Part shown: positions 12,530-23,462 of the stretch, in pieces
How the letters are laid out: the number at the start of each line of letters is the position of its first letter
Position numbering within the stretch: position 1 is the stretch's first letter
DNA from: a virus
Taxonomy: Duplodnaviria > Caudoviricetes
Strand: one strand, 5' to 3'
DNA: 64,000 nucleotides
IMG/VR virus record: IMGVR_UViG_2974770163_000001
Span: 1 to 64,000 of that record
Notes under the pieces: model-generated
Told to the model about the DNA's origin: nothing
Seen by the model: only the letters and a program-made list of their open reading frames with translations
The model's database searches: none
Program-made: the position numbers and the translations under genes

Positions 12530-13902
12530 AAATTTCAATCGGAAATAAAGCATTCTTTATGCTACGTGACCCCGATTTTTGGGACGAAATTCGTCCTAAG
12601 ATGACGTATGAGATCATGGATAGGAATACTCAGTATCCTAAGATCTATCAAAACTGTGGAAAGATACGTACTGAGATGGTATGGATTCCTATCACTCGTG
12701 TTGCTGATGTACTCAAGGGTATTGATCTAGAAGTTACTGATAGACGAGTTGCACCAGAGGCAGATTTCCCTGATCCCTCGTTTGTTTTGCGGGGTGACCA
12801 GACAGAAATATTTGATAAGTTTATCTCCTCGGCAGAGGACTGGTGTATTATTAATGGTAAGCCAGGATTCGGTAAAACTATAACTGCTTTAGCAATTGCA
12901 CACTATTTAGGTGTTAAGACCTTAGTGGTAACAACTAACGTTAATATCAGAACCCAATGGGAAGATGAAGTTCGTAAGTGGTTTGGTATTGAGCCAGGTG
13001 TTATAGGATCTAGTAGATTTGAACTTGATTCCCCAATAGTTATTGGTAATATACAAACACTTAGTAAGCATGGAGAACGTCTAGCTAAAGAGTTTGGATT
13101 GGTAATTGTGGACGAAATGCATCATTGTGTTGCAACTACATTTACTAAGTTCCTAGAATTTTCCTATGCCAAGTATCGTATAGGCCTATCCGGTACTCTG
13201 AAGCGTAAAGATGGTCTCAATGTGATGTTCCCAGACTACTTTGGTTACACAGTGTTCTCCCCTGCGGTAGCTAACACCTTAGACCCAACAATCTATAAGT
13301 TTCATTTGCCAGAGGTAGAACTGTCAGGGAACAGGAATATTCCATGGGCTTTACGAGCTAATGAGGTTTATGAGAACCCACTATATAGAGCACATATTAT
13401 CTCTAAGACATATATCATGTATAGGGAAGGGCATAAAGTCCTTGTAGTATCTGATAGGAGTGAGCTGATATCTCATATAGCTGAAAAGCTAGAAAGTGTT
13501 GGTACTAAGGTTCACCAGATAACCGGACAAACCTCAATTGAGGATAGGAAAAGCATTCTACTAGAAATTGAAACAGACCCTACACCTTGTGTTCTAGTAG
13601 CTGCGGTAGGTATATTCTCGGAAGGCGTATCATGCAATCCATTATCTTGCTTAGTACACGCTTGTATAATTGGTGATAATGAATCCCTAATTGAGCAACT
13701 AGGTGGGCGTATTCAACGTATTGCAGAAGGCAAGTTACCTCCTGTTATCCTAGATACTAGATTAGGTGGTGATGTTGCCCAAAGGCAGGCTGCTACACGA
13801 ACTCGTGTATACAATCAGAATGGTTGGACATCCAGAGAAATGACTGAAAAGGTTTGGGACAAATACTTAAAAAAAGTACTTGATCAAAACCCAATTTCTT
13901 GA
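12526..13902 (+). CDS. D10: SF2 helicase (T5 D10, UvsW-like)
   Basis: GKPGFGKT, DEMHH, SGT, QLGGRIQR. Confidence 0.92.
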   Translation: MKISIGNKAFFMLRDPDFWDEIRPKMTYEIMDRNTQYPKIYQNCGKIRTEMVWIPITRVADVLKGIDLEVTDRRVAPEADFPDPSFVLRGDQTEIFDKFISSAEDWCIINGKPGFGKTITALAIAHYLGVKTLVVTTNVNIRTQWEDEVRKWFGIEPGVIGSSRFELDSPIVIGNIQTLSKHGERLAKEFGLVIVDEMHHCVATTFTKFLEFSYAKYRIGLSGTLKRKDGLNVMFPDYFGYTVFSPAVANTLDPTIYKFHLPEVELSGNRNIPWALRANEVYENPLYRAHIISKTYIMYREGHKVLVVSDRSELISHIAEKLESVGTKVHQITGQTSIEDRKSILLEIETDPTPCVLVAAVGIFSEGVSCNPLSCLVHACIIGDNESLIEQLGGRIQRIAEGKLPPVILDTRLGGDVAQRQAATRTRVYNQNGWTSREMTEKVWDKYLKKVLDQNPIS

Positions 13903-13908
13903 TATAAT
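13880..13908 (+). promoter_or_regulatory. sigma70 promoter
   Basis: TTGATC-17-TATAAT. Confidence 0.65.
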
Positions 13909-13933
13909 AGTTATATAAATTGATGAGGAAGAA

Positions 13934-14182
13934 ATGGAAAATCAAAATCAAAACCAAATTATTACAATAGACACTGCTGATATTCAGGTAGGTCTGTCAA
14001 TGATTGAACAAGAACAATTGTTCATGTTCCTAGCCAAATGTCGTGAAGCTAGACAGTATCGGGGTCAAACCCCACTGCAAGGAATCTTTGTACGCGTAGA
14101 AGACCCCTCGTTTGACGATGTGGTCAGTGTATACCAATCACATCATCCAATGCCTGAAGATTCCCAGAACGCAGACAACTAA
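13934..14182 (+). CDS. Hypothetical protein
   Basis: GAGGA RBS and its own promoter. Confidence 0.7.
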   Translation: MENQNQNQIITIDTADIQVGLSMIEQEQLFMFLAKCREARQYRGQTPLQGIFVRVEDPSFDDVVSVYQSHHPMPEDSQNADN

Positions 14183-14195
14183 TTAAAAACTTTTC

Positions 14196-14224
14196 TTGCC
14201 TTGAGCTAAAATATTTGATATAAT
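14196..14224 (+). promoter_or_regulatory. sigma70 promoter
   Basis: TTGCCT-17-TATAAT. Confidence 0.7.
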
Positions 14225-14249
14225 ATATCTTATGAAATCGAGGTAAGAA

Positions 14250-14624
14250 ATGTTACGATTTGATTACGAAAAGATTTACATATTATCGTATGGACGATCT
14301 GACCTAATAATTGAGTATCTCCGCAGACTGCGAGATGAACCAGAGGCTTGTGTAAGTCTATTAGGTAGTTCGTTCATCGTTAATCCATCGGTTATATTAG
14401 ATAACCCGATGAAATATAATGCAAGAATTCTAGCAGAGTATGTTGGACTACTTAGCATTAGAAACTACGCTGATTATCAATTGACCGGAGACACATCTTT
14501 GCCAATGATGTCAGTATACCCATGGATTCCACGAGAAATTGTAGAATCAAACCCATTCGTTCAAATATCTATAGATACGTTAAAATTCAATAAAGAAGAG
14601 GAAAAATCATATGTCAGGAACTAA
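14250..14624 (+). CDS. Conserved T5-like hypothetical protein upstream of D11
   Basis: FDYEKIY.L..G.SDLII..., LAEYVGLLS.RNYADY; synteny. Confidence 0.75.
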   Translation: MLRFDYEKIYILSYGRSDLIIEYLRRLRDEPEACVSLLGSSFIVNPSVILDNPMKYNARILAEYVGLLSIRNYADYQLTGDTSLPMMSVYPWIPREIVESNPFVQISIDTLKFNKEEEKSYVRN

Positions 14625-15429
14625 AGCTTGGGGTTCATTCAGCGGTAAAGCAGAAACTAGCAAACACGCATACTTATCATTAAATCAAAAAGGTGCTTTC
14701 AGCATCCGTATTGTCTCCGGTGTATTACCACGTTACGTTTACTGGATTGAGAACAAAAGTTTAGGTATTTCCGCATCTTTTGACTCATTCCGTTTCAATC
14801 GTTCTCAAGAGAAGTTCAACAACAGCTTACCTGATCCAATTCAGGATATGCACATCACTCAGTTCAATAAGTTTTCCAAGAAAACTGAAGAGATCAAATC
14901 TCGTCGTAACTACTTATGCTGGGTTTTAGATCGTCAAGACGGTAGCAAAATGAAGTTGATGGAACTTAAATCATCTCTGAACGACTCAATCAACGAAATG
15001 ATGGGTCAACTATACGCAGATGGTCTGAAATCTCCAATGATGATTGACCTAGAAATCTCCCGTATTGGTGAAGGTAAGGATACTCGTTACTCTGTTAACA
15101 TTGTTAAAGCTATGAAAGATTTAGCTAAACTGCAAGATCCTGCGTCTGATGTTGCACGTGCGATGGAAAAAGACTACGATGTGATTGGTCAGCCAATCTA
15201 TGATGGTGGTTCAATGGTTGCTTTCGAAAAAGTACCAGATTTATCCACTGAGTTCCCAGCTCCATACGACCCAACCCGTGATGATTCTATCGAAGCTGCT
15301 GCGGAAGCGCAACGCCGTGAAGTTGAAGAGTTCTTAGCTAAGATTAAGGACGACGGAAATCAAAATAAGCCTGAAGAGTCAGCTCGTGCTAACGATTTAG
15401 GTGCTGGTGAAGCGGCTGCTGATCTGTAA
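14611..15429 (+). CDS. D11: T5 D11-like (ssDNA-binding) protein
   Basis: RIVSGVLPRYVYW motif, acidic tail, synteny. Confidence 0.85.
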   Translation: MSGTKAWGSFSGKAETSKHAYLSLNQKGAFSIRIVSGVLPRYVYWIENKSLGISASFDSFRFNRSQEKFNNSLPDPIQDMHITQFNKFSKKTEEIKSRRNYLCWVLDRQDGSKMKLMELKSSLNDSINEMMGQLYADGLKSPMMIDLEISRIGEGKDTRYSVNIVKAMKDLAKLQDPASDVARAMEKDYDVIGQPIYDGGSMVAFEKVPDLSTEFPAPYDPTRDDSIEAAAEAQRREVEEFLAKIKDDGNQNKPEESARANDLGAGEAAADL

Positions 15430-15480
15430 TAGACAGCATAGAAACGGGGCTTAATTGCCCCTTTCTTTTATCTTGATAAA

Positions 15481-16458
15481 ATGAAAATACTTTTTACTGC
15501 TGATGTGCATATTAAGTTAGGTCAAAAAGACGTGCCAGTCGATTGGCAACGTAATAGATATATGATGTTAGCCCAAGAATTAAGGGAGCTATACTTCAAA
15601 CACCAATGCGATCTTATGATTGTTGGTGGAGATATCTTTGATACTAACAAACCTACGTCTAAAGAAGTAGATCTTAATACTAGATTCTTTTCTATGTTAA
15701 AAGATTGCAACATTATCCTATACACTGGAAACCACGAGATGTTAAGTAAGAAAGAGTCTGCTCTTAGCAACTTTACTTCTACATATCTAGAAATCAGTGA
15801 TACATTCTACGTTGCGGATGATTGTTACAGATCTGCTGATTTTGATATTATCGATTATACAGAGTTGAAAGCTAAGACATGGAAACCTGCTAAGTCTAAA
15901 CTTTGTTTCACCCACGTTAGAGGAGAAATTCCGCCACACGTAACTTCAGAGATTGATCTGCAAAGATTTGTTGATCATGGCTATGAACTAGTTATAGCTG
16001 GAGACCTCCACTCATTCCAAAACAGCCAACATATTGGTTCAGTTCCACTCATGTACCCAGGCTCACCTTTGAGTACCTCGTTTGCCAGATCAGAGCCTAA
16101 AAATACCCACGGTGTATTTATCATTGATACAGATACACTAGCAGTAGATTGGGTAAGTACGGATCATCTCCCTCAGTTAATTACAAAAACAATATCTGTC
16201 GGCGAAGAAATGGTTGCTGGAACATATCATCACCTCATGTATGAGATTGAGGGAAACATCTTAGAACTTAAGTCTGTAGAAAACAGCGAGCTTCTGAAAA
16301 AGAAACTGAATAATGCAGTGTCTACCGAGGCTAAATTACAGCTTAAAGATAAGACAGTTGGTGAAGAACTCGATACGTTATGGCAGGAAGTATATGGTCT
16401 AGATACTAAGACGAGAGTCAGACTGCATAAGCGTCTGGGGGATTATAAAATTGTCTAA
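15481..16458 (+). CDS. D12: SbcD/Mre11-like nuclease (D12)
   Basis: Metallophosphoesterase motifs ADVH, GGDIFD, GNHE, AGDLH, YPGSP. Confidence 0.92.
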   Translation: MKILFTADVHIKLGQKDVPVDWQRNRYMMLAQELRELYFKHQCDLMIVGGDIFDTNKPTSKEVDLNTRFFSMLKDCNIILYTGNHEMLSKKESALSNFTSTYLEISDTFYVADDCYRSADFDIIDYTELKAKTWKPAKSKLCFTHVRGEIPPHVTSEIDLQRFVDHGYELVIAGDLHSFQNSQHIGSVPLMYPGSPLSTSFARSEPKNTHGVFIIDTDTLAVDWVSTDHLPQLITKTISVGEEMVAGTYHHLMYEIEGNILELKSVENSELLKKKLNNAVSTEAKLQLKDKTVGEELDTLWQEVYGLDTKTRVRLHKRLGDYKIV

Positions 16459-18304
16459 AATCATTGTTAGAAAGATGCGATTTGACAACTTCTTATCTTA
16501 TGGCGAAAGCAATGAGATAGACTTTGAAACAGGCCGCGTCGTACAACTAGTCGGTGCCAATGGTGCTGGTAAGTCTTCCATAGCCACAGCACTTGAAGAA
16601 TGCCTGTTCAATAAGAATAGTAAAGGACTTTCCAAGTCTGAGCTGTTTAACTGGGAACAGGGTAAGAAACATTACCATCTAGAAGTAGATTTCGCTAAGG
16701 ATGGAAGCGAGTATACTGTTATTAAAGACGTTAAGTCTACCACTAAACTTACACTACTTCAAGATGGTGAAGACATAAGTGGACATACAGCAACTCAAAC
16801 GTATAAGTTAATCAGTGATATCTTTGGTTGTGACTTTACCACGTTTACAAAGATTGTATATCAGTCTGTGGGATCAAGTCTAGACTTCTTAAAGACTACT
16901 GATGCAAAGCGTAAAGAATTCCTAACATCACTATTTGACCAAGAGATTTATAAGATTCTTGAGGCAGATGTTAAAGCTGACATTAAAGTAGTAGAGAGTA
17001 GCGTAGCAACGTTATCGGGATCTATTAGCTCTACAAGTAAGATGTTGGAAATGGTTATCAAAGACAGTAAACTAACTATTCCAGAACGTGTTGAAGTACC
17101 TGAGTTTGACGACTCACAGGTTAGCGAGCGTATAGGAGAGTTAAAAGCACAGGCTACCCTAGTCTCACATCAGCAGACTATGATCAAGAAGAAAATTGAA
17201 GCGGACAGACGTGTACGAGAAGCCCAAGAGGCTGTTGACTTGTTAACAGAACAAGTTAAAGATATTGATAACCCAAGTGAAGAAGAGCTGAATGAGAAAA
17301 AAGCTAAGTGGGCAGAATGTAATCATAAATTACGCGATGCTGAATCACGTATAAAAACATTTAGTGCAGAGTCAGCTAATACCACATGTAAGACCTGCGG
17401 GTCACACCTTGACGTATCTGCCGCACTTAATGCCCTTAATATTGCTAGAAATGATAAAGCTGAAGTTGCCGATACTGTTGTCGAATTAGCAGAATCTATC
17501 AAAATAATTGAAGATAAGCGCCAACGTTGGGGTAAGCTAGGTCTAGCTCAAATGACGTTAAGTACGGCACTGGAAAGTGCCTCAGACTATGGTGATGTTA
17601 GTGACGACTCTATTGATTTGGATATTGGTGATATTAATGCTGATATTATTCGATTACAGAATGATGTCAAGCAAAGGAAACAAGAAGTAGAATCAGCTAA
17701 AAGTATCAATGCTGACTCAGATAAAAAGCAAGCTCTTAAAGATGCTGCACTTGATAGATTACACGTTATTGAGAAAGAACTAGACTCACTTAATACTGAA
17801 CTAGCTGAGCAACAGGAACAATTAGCAGATCTACAACTTATAGCTAAATCACTAAAAGATATAGTTGGGTATAAGTTAGAGTATAACGTCAAAGTATTTG
17901 AAGAGCTTATCAATAGATATCTATCAGATCTTACAGATGGTGTGTTCGCCCTCAACTTTGAACTTAATGCAACTAAGTTAGACGTTGTTATCTATAATAA
18001 TGGTCGTCAGACAAGTATGGCATCGTGTTCAACAGGTCAGCAACAAAGAATTCAGACAGCTACATTATTAGCTATTCGTGCACTACTAAGCTCTGTTAAT
18101 AAGGTTGATATTAATCTTCTATTCCTAGATGAAGTAATCAGCTATATCGATACTCAAGGCATCGAAACATTAATAGAGGTTCTATTGAAAGAGCCAGAGC
18201 TTAATTCTTTTATAGTGTCACATGGGCACTCTCATCCAATGGCAGAACAAATTGTTATTGTACAAGATGAGAATCAAGTCTCTAGACTTGTGGAATCAAA
18301 ATAA
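16451..18304 (+). CDS. D13: SbcC/Rad50-like ATPase (D13)
   Basis: GANGAGKSS, coiled coil with a CKTC hook, STGQ signature, LFLDE. Confidence 0.93.
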   Translation: MSKIIVRKMRFDNFLSYGESNEIDFETGRVVQLVGANGAGKSSIATALEECLFNKNSKGLSKSELFNWEQGKKHYHLEVDFAKDGSEYTVIKDVKSTTKLTLLQDGEDISGHTATQTYKLISDIFGCDFTTFTKIVYQSVGSSLDFLKTTDAKRKEFLTSLFDQEIYKILEADVKADIKVVESSVATLSGSISSTSKMLEMVIKDSKLTIPERVEVPEFDDSQVSERIGELKAQATLVSHQQTMIKKKIEADRRVREAQEAVDLLTEQVKDIDNPSEEELNEKKAKWAECNHKLRDAESRIKTFSAESANTTCKTCGSHLDVSAALNALNIARNDKAEVADTVVELAESIKIIEDKRQRWGKLGLAQMTLSTALESASDYGDVSDDSIDLDIGDINADIIRLQNDVKQRKQEVESAKSINADSDKKQALKDAALDRLHVIEKELDSLNTELAEQQEQLADLQLIAKSLKDIVGYKLEYNVKVFEELINRYLSDLTDGVFALNFELNATKLDVVIYNNGRQTSMASCSTGQQQRIQTATLLAIRALLSSVNKVDINLLFLDEVISYIDTQGIETLIEVLLKEPELNSFIVSHGHSHPMAEQIVIVQDENQVSRLVESK

Positions 18305-18786
18305 TGGCAGTTGATAGCAGAGAAAAAGGTAAGCGCGGAGAAATGCAAGTACGCGACTTACTTCGTGACAAGACAAAACTTCAGTGGGAACGGGTTCCTG
18401 GTTCAGGTGCATTTGGTGCAAACCACGCCCTGAAAGGAGATGTGTATTTGCCTCCAGGCACGGCTCATATGAGTCTATTCTGCTTTGAGGTCAAGTGGTA
18501 TAAAGACGAGCAATTAACATCTAATATCCTAAACACTGGAACATCACAAATGGAAAAATGGTGGGAGCAGGCGGTTAGGGAGGCAGAAGAGATGAATATG
18601 CGCCCAGCCCTAGTATTTAAAAAAGATAGAGGTCCGTGGCTCATTGCTCTAAGTTTTGATGACCCTACTGCAATATTACTAGCCGATTACCACCACTTAA
18701 TAATCTCGAAACGAGATACAGAGATTATCATAGGCGACTTTAAAACGTGGCTTGAAAATATCTCTATCGAGGAATTAGTTAAGTAA
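18304..18786 (+). CDS. D14: D14, Holliday-junction resolvase-like PD-(D/E)xK nuclease
   Basis: SREKGKRGE, RVPGSGA, GD...EVK. Confidence 0.88.
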   Translation: MAVDSREKGKRGEMQVRDLLRDKTKLQWERVPGSGAFGANHALKGDVYLPPGTAHMSLFCFEVKWYKDEQLTSNILNTGTSQMEKWWEQAVREAEEMNMRPALVFKKDRGPWLIALSFDDPTAILLADYHHLIISKRDTEIIIGDFKTWLENISIEELVK

Positions 18787-19667
18787 TGACTACAAAATCA
18801 TGGAAACAAATTAGGGACGAAGAACTAGCGGAGTTTGAGTCTCGGAATAATTTAGTAGTAATTGACCTACTAAATATTGCCCACCGTATACCTCTTAGTG
18901 TTAAAGACGGTAAAACTGTTGCCAGAAAACTAATTGAGTTTGTAAGATCTTTCGAAAAATCATACCACGCTAGAAAAACTATAATCCTAACGGATAAAGG
19001 TAAATCATCCTATCGTACATCTATTTTTCCTGAATATAAGGCTAACCGTAAAGCAGCTCGTGAGAAGCGCAGTGAGGCTGAGCAAAGAGCACAGCGTGAG
19101 TGGTTTGATAAAATTAAGGAAGGTATCTGTATTGCTGAGGAAACACTTAAAATATTCGGATATAAAGGTGTTGAGGCAGATGATATGGCAGCGGTAATAG
19201 TGGGGAAATACTCGGACACTGGGGTATTTGACCATATTTGGTTGATATCAACTGATGGGGACTGGGATCTTCTGCTTAAGAATGATGTTTCTAGATTCTC
19301 ATTCTATACTCAGCGAGAATACAAGTTGAAAGACATGTATGAGAATTCCGGGGTAGACACTCCTGATCAGTTAGCTTCACTCAAGGCACTACAAGGAGAT
19401 CGAAAAGATAATATCGACGGGGTAGAGGGTGTAGGCACTAAACGAGGGTATGGTTTAATAAGAGAATTTGGTTCAGCATTGGATATTGTGGAGGCAATCC
19501 CAATCCCTGGCAAACAGGCATTCATTCGTAAAGTCAATGAGAGTGCAGAACTTATAGAAAGAAATGTTCAACTCGTTGACTTAGTAAGTTTTTCTGCTGA
19601 AGCGTTAGCTCATGCAGGTATCTATAATAAATTCTTAGAAGAGCTAGAGGAAATCATAAATGCGTAA
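18786..19667 (+). CDS. D15: Flap endonuclease / 5'-3' exonuclease (D15)
   Basis: PEYKANR, GVEADD, STDGDW, LQGD..DNI.GV.GVG.KR. Confidence 0.95.
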   Translation: MTTKSWKQIRDEELAEFESRNNLVVIDLLNIAHRIPLSVKDGKTVARKLIEFVRSFEKSYHARKTIILTDKGKSSYRTSIFPEYKANRKAAREKRSEAEQRAQREWFDKIKEGICIAEETLKIFGYKGVEADDMAAVIVGKYSDTGVFDHIWLISTDGDWDLLLKNDVSRFSFYTQREYKLKDMYENSGVDTPDQLASLKALQGDRKDNIDGVEGVGTKRGYGLIREFGSALDIVEAIPIPGKQAFIRKVNESAELIERNVQLVDLVSFSAEALAHAGIYNKFLEELEEIINA

Positions 19668-20124
19668 TAGTATTCATCCAGTAAAAGTATTTGCAATCCG
19701 TGACGAAGTTCGACCAGTAACAGGTTCTGCTGACGCAGCAGCTATCGACCTCCGCGTTAATTTATCAGAACGAGAACCATACATGGTATTGCAGCCAGGC
19801 GAATCTCGCCTGGTAGGTTCTGGACTCCATATGGAAATTCCTGTGGGCTGGTGTGGAATCATTATTCCTCGTAGTGGTATGGGGTCTAAGGGATTACATA
19901 TTAAAAACGTAACGGGTCTCATTGATGCAGACTATCGTGGAGAAATTCAACTAGGCTTAGTTAATAATGGTGATGAAGAAATCATTATAGAGCGTTTCGA
20001 GCGTGTGTGCCAGATGGTAATTGTACCACACTACCCTCATGTTGTTGAGTTTGTAGGTTCTGTTGACCAGTTATCTGAAACTGACCGGGGAACAGGTGGT
20101 TTTGGTCATAGTGGTAAGCAATAA
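19660..20124 (+). CDS. dut: dUTPase
   Basis: AAAIDL, PRSG, GLIDADYRGE, RGTGGFGHSG. Confidence 0.96.
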   Translation: MRNSIHPVKVFAIRDEVRPVTGSADAAAIDLRVNLSEREPYMVLQPGESRLVGSGLHMEIPVGWCGIIIPRSGMGSKGLHIKNVTGLIDADYRGEIQLGLVNNGDEEIIIERFERVCQMVIVPHYPHVVEFVGSVDQLSETDRGTGGFGHSGKQ

Positions 20125-20125
20125 T

Positions 20126-20164
20126 AAAAAACCCAGTGGATTTTGTCCACTGGGTTTTATTTTT
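20126..20164. terminator. Bidirectional terminator between the early and late blocks
   Basis: AAAACCCAGTGGA-TTTTG-TCCACTGGGTTTT with A/T runs on both sides. Confidence 0.85.
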
Positions 20165-23048
20165 ACTCGGTTGGTTCTTCAACTCTAGGTGGTACAGTCC
20201 ACCCGTCTTCTTGGATTTGTTTCTCTGTCTGCTCGATACCCTCTAAAGCCTCAATACGTTCGGCTTCTAGGGCTGCTAACCTCTCTTCCTCAATCTTCTC
20301 ATTTTCTAGCCGTGTAGCCAAAAGTTTTCTACTGTATATAGAGTCCTCTGGCATCTGCACACGAACATCCAACCACGTATTATCTGGTATATCTGCTGCC
20401 TCACCATCTGTATAGTAGGTAATAGTATCCCCTTCTATCTCCTTAATACGAGTGTTTTGAAATTGTTCTGGAACATTATCATGTTGTCTATGATATGTTT
20501 TAATTTCTATATCACCATTCGGGAGGATCTTTGTATTTACCCATAGTAACGGCTGGTCATTCTCGTCTTTAGGAACTACCACACCTCCTCGAATACCCCA
20601 ACCACCATCAGAATTGAATCCTAGAGTGCCGTGAATTACGTAGTGACCTACTCCAAGTTTTTCAAAAGTCACACCCTCAGACTCTTTATTAGTCGTACAG
20701 CTATCTTTAAATACTTTTACAACGGGAGAAGCTATCTTAATAAACCCATTAGGGTCCCTAGTAGTATTATTAGAGTCTAGCACGTCAACCCATGCAATAT
20801 CCCCTCCTTTCCCTACTTCGGCTACCCAACGAGTTTTTATACTACCATCCTCTCCTAAGAATAGTTGCCCCTTTCTATTCTCAGCAAATTTAGCCTGAAT
20901 CATAACACCAGTATTAGGCATCCCAAACTTGATAGCGTCAGTTTGTGTTCCGGCACCGAAAAATGCGTTGTCGTCCCTATAGTACTGTTTGCCCTGAATT
21001 TGGGTAACTATATCTAACCACCCCATAGGGAAATCAGTAGAGTTAAACCCAGCAATCCTATACTTTAAAGACCCAAGATGAGAGCGTATAAATCTGAATT
21101 GCAATGCCCCAGCGTACATTTTATCATCTTGAGCACTAAAGTTGATAATAGTAGCATCATCAGCTCCTTGCCCCATCTTGTACATACCAGACCCGGCGTT
21201 ATACGCAGGAGGGGTAGAGTTCCATGCTACTACGCCTCTAGGGAAGAAACTAGTTCCCCCTAAGGACAACTCAGTAGTAATCATAGATCTATTGTTACCT
21301 TTCTGAAAGTATGCTTGGTCAGAGATTTCTATAGCTGTGCTGTTCTTCTCATTACTGATGAAGAATCTAGTAGATCCACCAGGGAACCCAATAAAAGCAG
21401 ACATATTGCCGTCTAGGGTACTAAGACCGTCATGGAAGGATATTCTGTTTTCACGTTGAGTTGCTCCTGTTACCATCTTAAGCCTATTGGCAGATGATTT
21501 CTGCACTACTAGATCTTCAAAGGTAGTGCCTCCAGAGGCGGTAACAACTACATCACGCGTACCGTTCCAAAACCCTTTGTTGAGTACTTTCATAAAGATA
21601 TACCCATTATAAGTATACGCAGTTAGCACCCCATAAGTAGTTTCAGCGCTAGAGGAGGTTATATCATCTCTACCATTAGTCCATATGTAGTTTGTATCAT
21701 CCCCGAACCCATTAACCACGTCCTTAGTAGAGAAGTAGAAACCTGTCTTGGCAGTTTTAAAAAACTCTAGTATATCAGTACCATTGGGGATATGTATACG
21801 TACTTTTGGATAACGTTTATCAGTATTCTCTATGGTTGGAAGCCCCATTGCCGCTTCCTTAGCAGCATCCTCAGATCTTTTAGCCTCTGCTGCAGAACTG
21901 GCTGACGCAGCGGCTGATTCAGCTGAGTTGGTCTCAGATATTTTAGCAGCTTCCTGAGATTTCGCAGCCTCCTCTTGTGCTTCCTTAGCCGTGCTTGCAT
22001 AAGTTTCAGCGGACCTTTCATAAATCCTAGAATTATTTGCTGAGGTAGCTGAGTTTCCCGCAGATGACCTAGAAGCATTTGCCATTGATGTTGCGAGTGC
22101 TTGGTATCTATCTGCTTCTGTCTCTGATGTCTTAGCGTTTGTCTCTGATGTCTTAGCGTTTGTCTCTGACGTTTTAGCTGCGTCTTCGGAGGCTTTTGCA
22201 TTAGTCTCAGAACCTTTAGCTGCTTCTGCACTGGCGGCAGAATTTACCTCAGAAGCTGCCGCAGCAGTTTGAGAAGCCTTAGCAGCGTCCTCTGACTTCT
22301 TAGCGGCAATAGCATTGGCAGCAGTTTGGGCAACTTCATCTGATATGCTTTCAGCAACATCAGCAGCTGCCTTAGCTGATGCAGCGGCGTTGGTCTCAGA
22401 TGTCTTAGCGTTAGTCTCAGATGTCTTAGCATTAGTCTCAGATGTTTTTGCATTAGTTTCGGAGACTTTTGCCTTAGATGCCGAATCCTTAGCCGCTCCT
22501 GCACTATTAGCAGAATTTACTTCAGAGGTTGCAGCAGCAGTCTGGGAAGCCTTGGCAGCATTTTCTGACGTTTTAGCGGCTGATGCACTAGCAGCTGCCT
22601 GAGCAGCCTCGTCAGAAACACTTCCAGCACTATCCGCCGCAGCTTGAGCAGATGTAGCAGCCTTAGTTTCGGACGCCTTAGCGTTTGTTTCAGATGTTTT
22701 AGCTTTAGTCTCGGATGCCTTAGCGTTTGTTTCCGATGTTTTAGCTGCGTCTGCACTCGCTTTAGCCTTAGCTTCTGAATCCTTAATATTAGCCAAACTA
22801 GTAGCAGAAGCATCTGCACTCGCCTTAGCAGCATTTTCTGACTTTTTAGCTTCTGTTTGAGAAGTTTTAGCCGCGTTAGCCGCATTTTCGGAACGGGTGA
22901 TTGCGTCCCCCAAGTCTACTGAGGAAACTCCAGTAATAGAGTTAGATAGGTTTACAACAAAACTTGGGTATTGTCCTGCATTTATGCTGTTGTCTTTATC
23001 TGACGCTTTTGTAACCGTAATCCTTGTGTAAACGTTATCCTGTTCCAT
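20163..23048 (-). CDS. ltf: L-shaped side tail fibre
   Basis: Ala/Ser-rich AKTSETN coiled-coil repeats; C-terminal NTT.D.NGFIK.ASPVV fibre domain; position. Confidence 0.88.
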   Translation of the reverse strand: MEQDNVYTRITVTKASDKDNSINAGQYPSFVVNLSNSITGVSSVDLGDAITRSENAANAAKTSQTEAKKSENAAKASADASATSLANIKDSEAKAKASADAAKTSETNAKASETKAKTSETNAKASETKAATSAQAAADSAGSVSDEAAQAAASASAAKTSENAAKASQTAAATSEVNSANSAGAAKDSASKAKVSETNAKTSETNAKTSETNAKTSETNAAASAKAAADVAESISDEVAQTAANAIAAKKSEDAAKASQTAAAASEVNSAASAEAAKGSETNAKASEDAAKTSETNAKTSETNAKTSETEADRYQALATSMANASRSSAGNSATSANNSRIYERSAETYASTAKEAQEEAAKSQEAAKISETNSAESAAASASSAAEAKRSEDAAKEAAMGLPTIENTDKRYPKVRIHIPNGTDILEFFKTAKTGFYFSTKDVVNGFGDDTNYIWTNGRDDITSSSAETTYGVLTAYTYNGYIFMKVLNKGFWNGTRDVVVTASGGTTFEDLVVQKSSANRLKMVTGATQRENRISFHDGLSTLDGNMSAFIGFPGGSTRFFISNEKNSTAIEISDQAYFQKGNNRSMITTELSLGGTSFFPRGVVAWNSTPPAYNAGSGMYKMGQGADDATIINFSAQDDKMYAGALQFRFIRSHLGSLKYRIAGFNSTDFPMGWLDIVTQIQGKQYYRDDNAFFGAGTQTDAIKFGMPNTGVMIQAKFAENRKGQLFLGEDGSIKTRWVAEVGKGGDIAWVDVLDSNNTTRDPNGFIKIASPVVKVFKDSCTTNKESEGVTFEKLGVGHYVIHGTLGFNSDGGWGIRGGVVVPKDENDQPLLWVNTKILPNGDIEIKTYHRQHDNVPEQFQNTRIKEIEGDTITYYTDGEAADIPDNTWLDVRVQMPEDSIYSRKLLATRLENEKIEEERLAALEAERIEALEGIEQTEKQIQEDGWTVPPRVEEPTE
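22100..22790 (-). repeat. Blocks of 21-bp (7 aa, AKTSETN) tandem repeats within ltf
   Basis: Iterated GTCTC(T/A)GATGTCTTAGCGTT units. Confidence 0.8.
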
Positions 23049-23458
23049 TATCCAGTTACTCCATCATTAATATAAACTTTCCCTTCTAGGATTCGAATTG
23101 GTGTCTTGTTAGGCATAGTCATAATTACGTCGTAGTAACCCACAAATCTTATTCTGGGGTTATACTTCTCTCTATCCTTAACGGCAGCTTTTTCTAGAAT
23201 ATCAACCTTGTCTTTTGTTATTGTCATAGTAGCAATACCAGCATTGGGGGTTGCCACCCTTATATCTATATCTGTTATTAGTCTCCCATCGTCATCCAAG
23301 GAGTCCTTAATGGACGATTTGAATGTAGCTCCTGTTATATCAATATCAGTCGTTGTAGTATTGCCTTGAGGATCGACAGATACGTCCTGAAATTTCAGGA
23401 CGTATGCAAAAGCAATTTTACTATCTACTGACAGGTCTAAGACTCTGTTTTCAATCAT
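23048..23458 (-). CDS. Tail collar protein (T5 p132-like)
   Basis: RIRFVGYYDVIM...RILEGKVYINDGVT; synteny. Confidence 0.8.
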   Translation of the reverse strand: MIENRVLDLSVDSKIAFAYVLKFQDVSVDPQGNTTTTDIDITGATFKSSIKDSLDDDGRLITDIDIRVATPNAGIATMTITKDKVDILEKAAVKDREKYNPRIRFVGYYDVIMTMPNKTPIRILEGKVYINDGVTG

Positions 23459-23462
23459 TATT

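Noticed and set aside
21830-22885. Alternate-frame ORFs inside ltf, and other antisense ORFs in the track
   Set aside because: These are shadows of repetitive or biased coding sequence.
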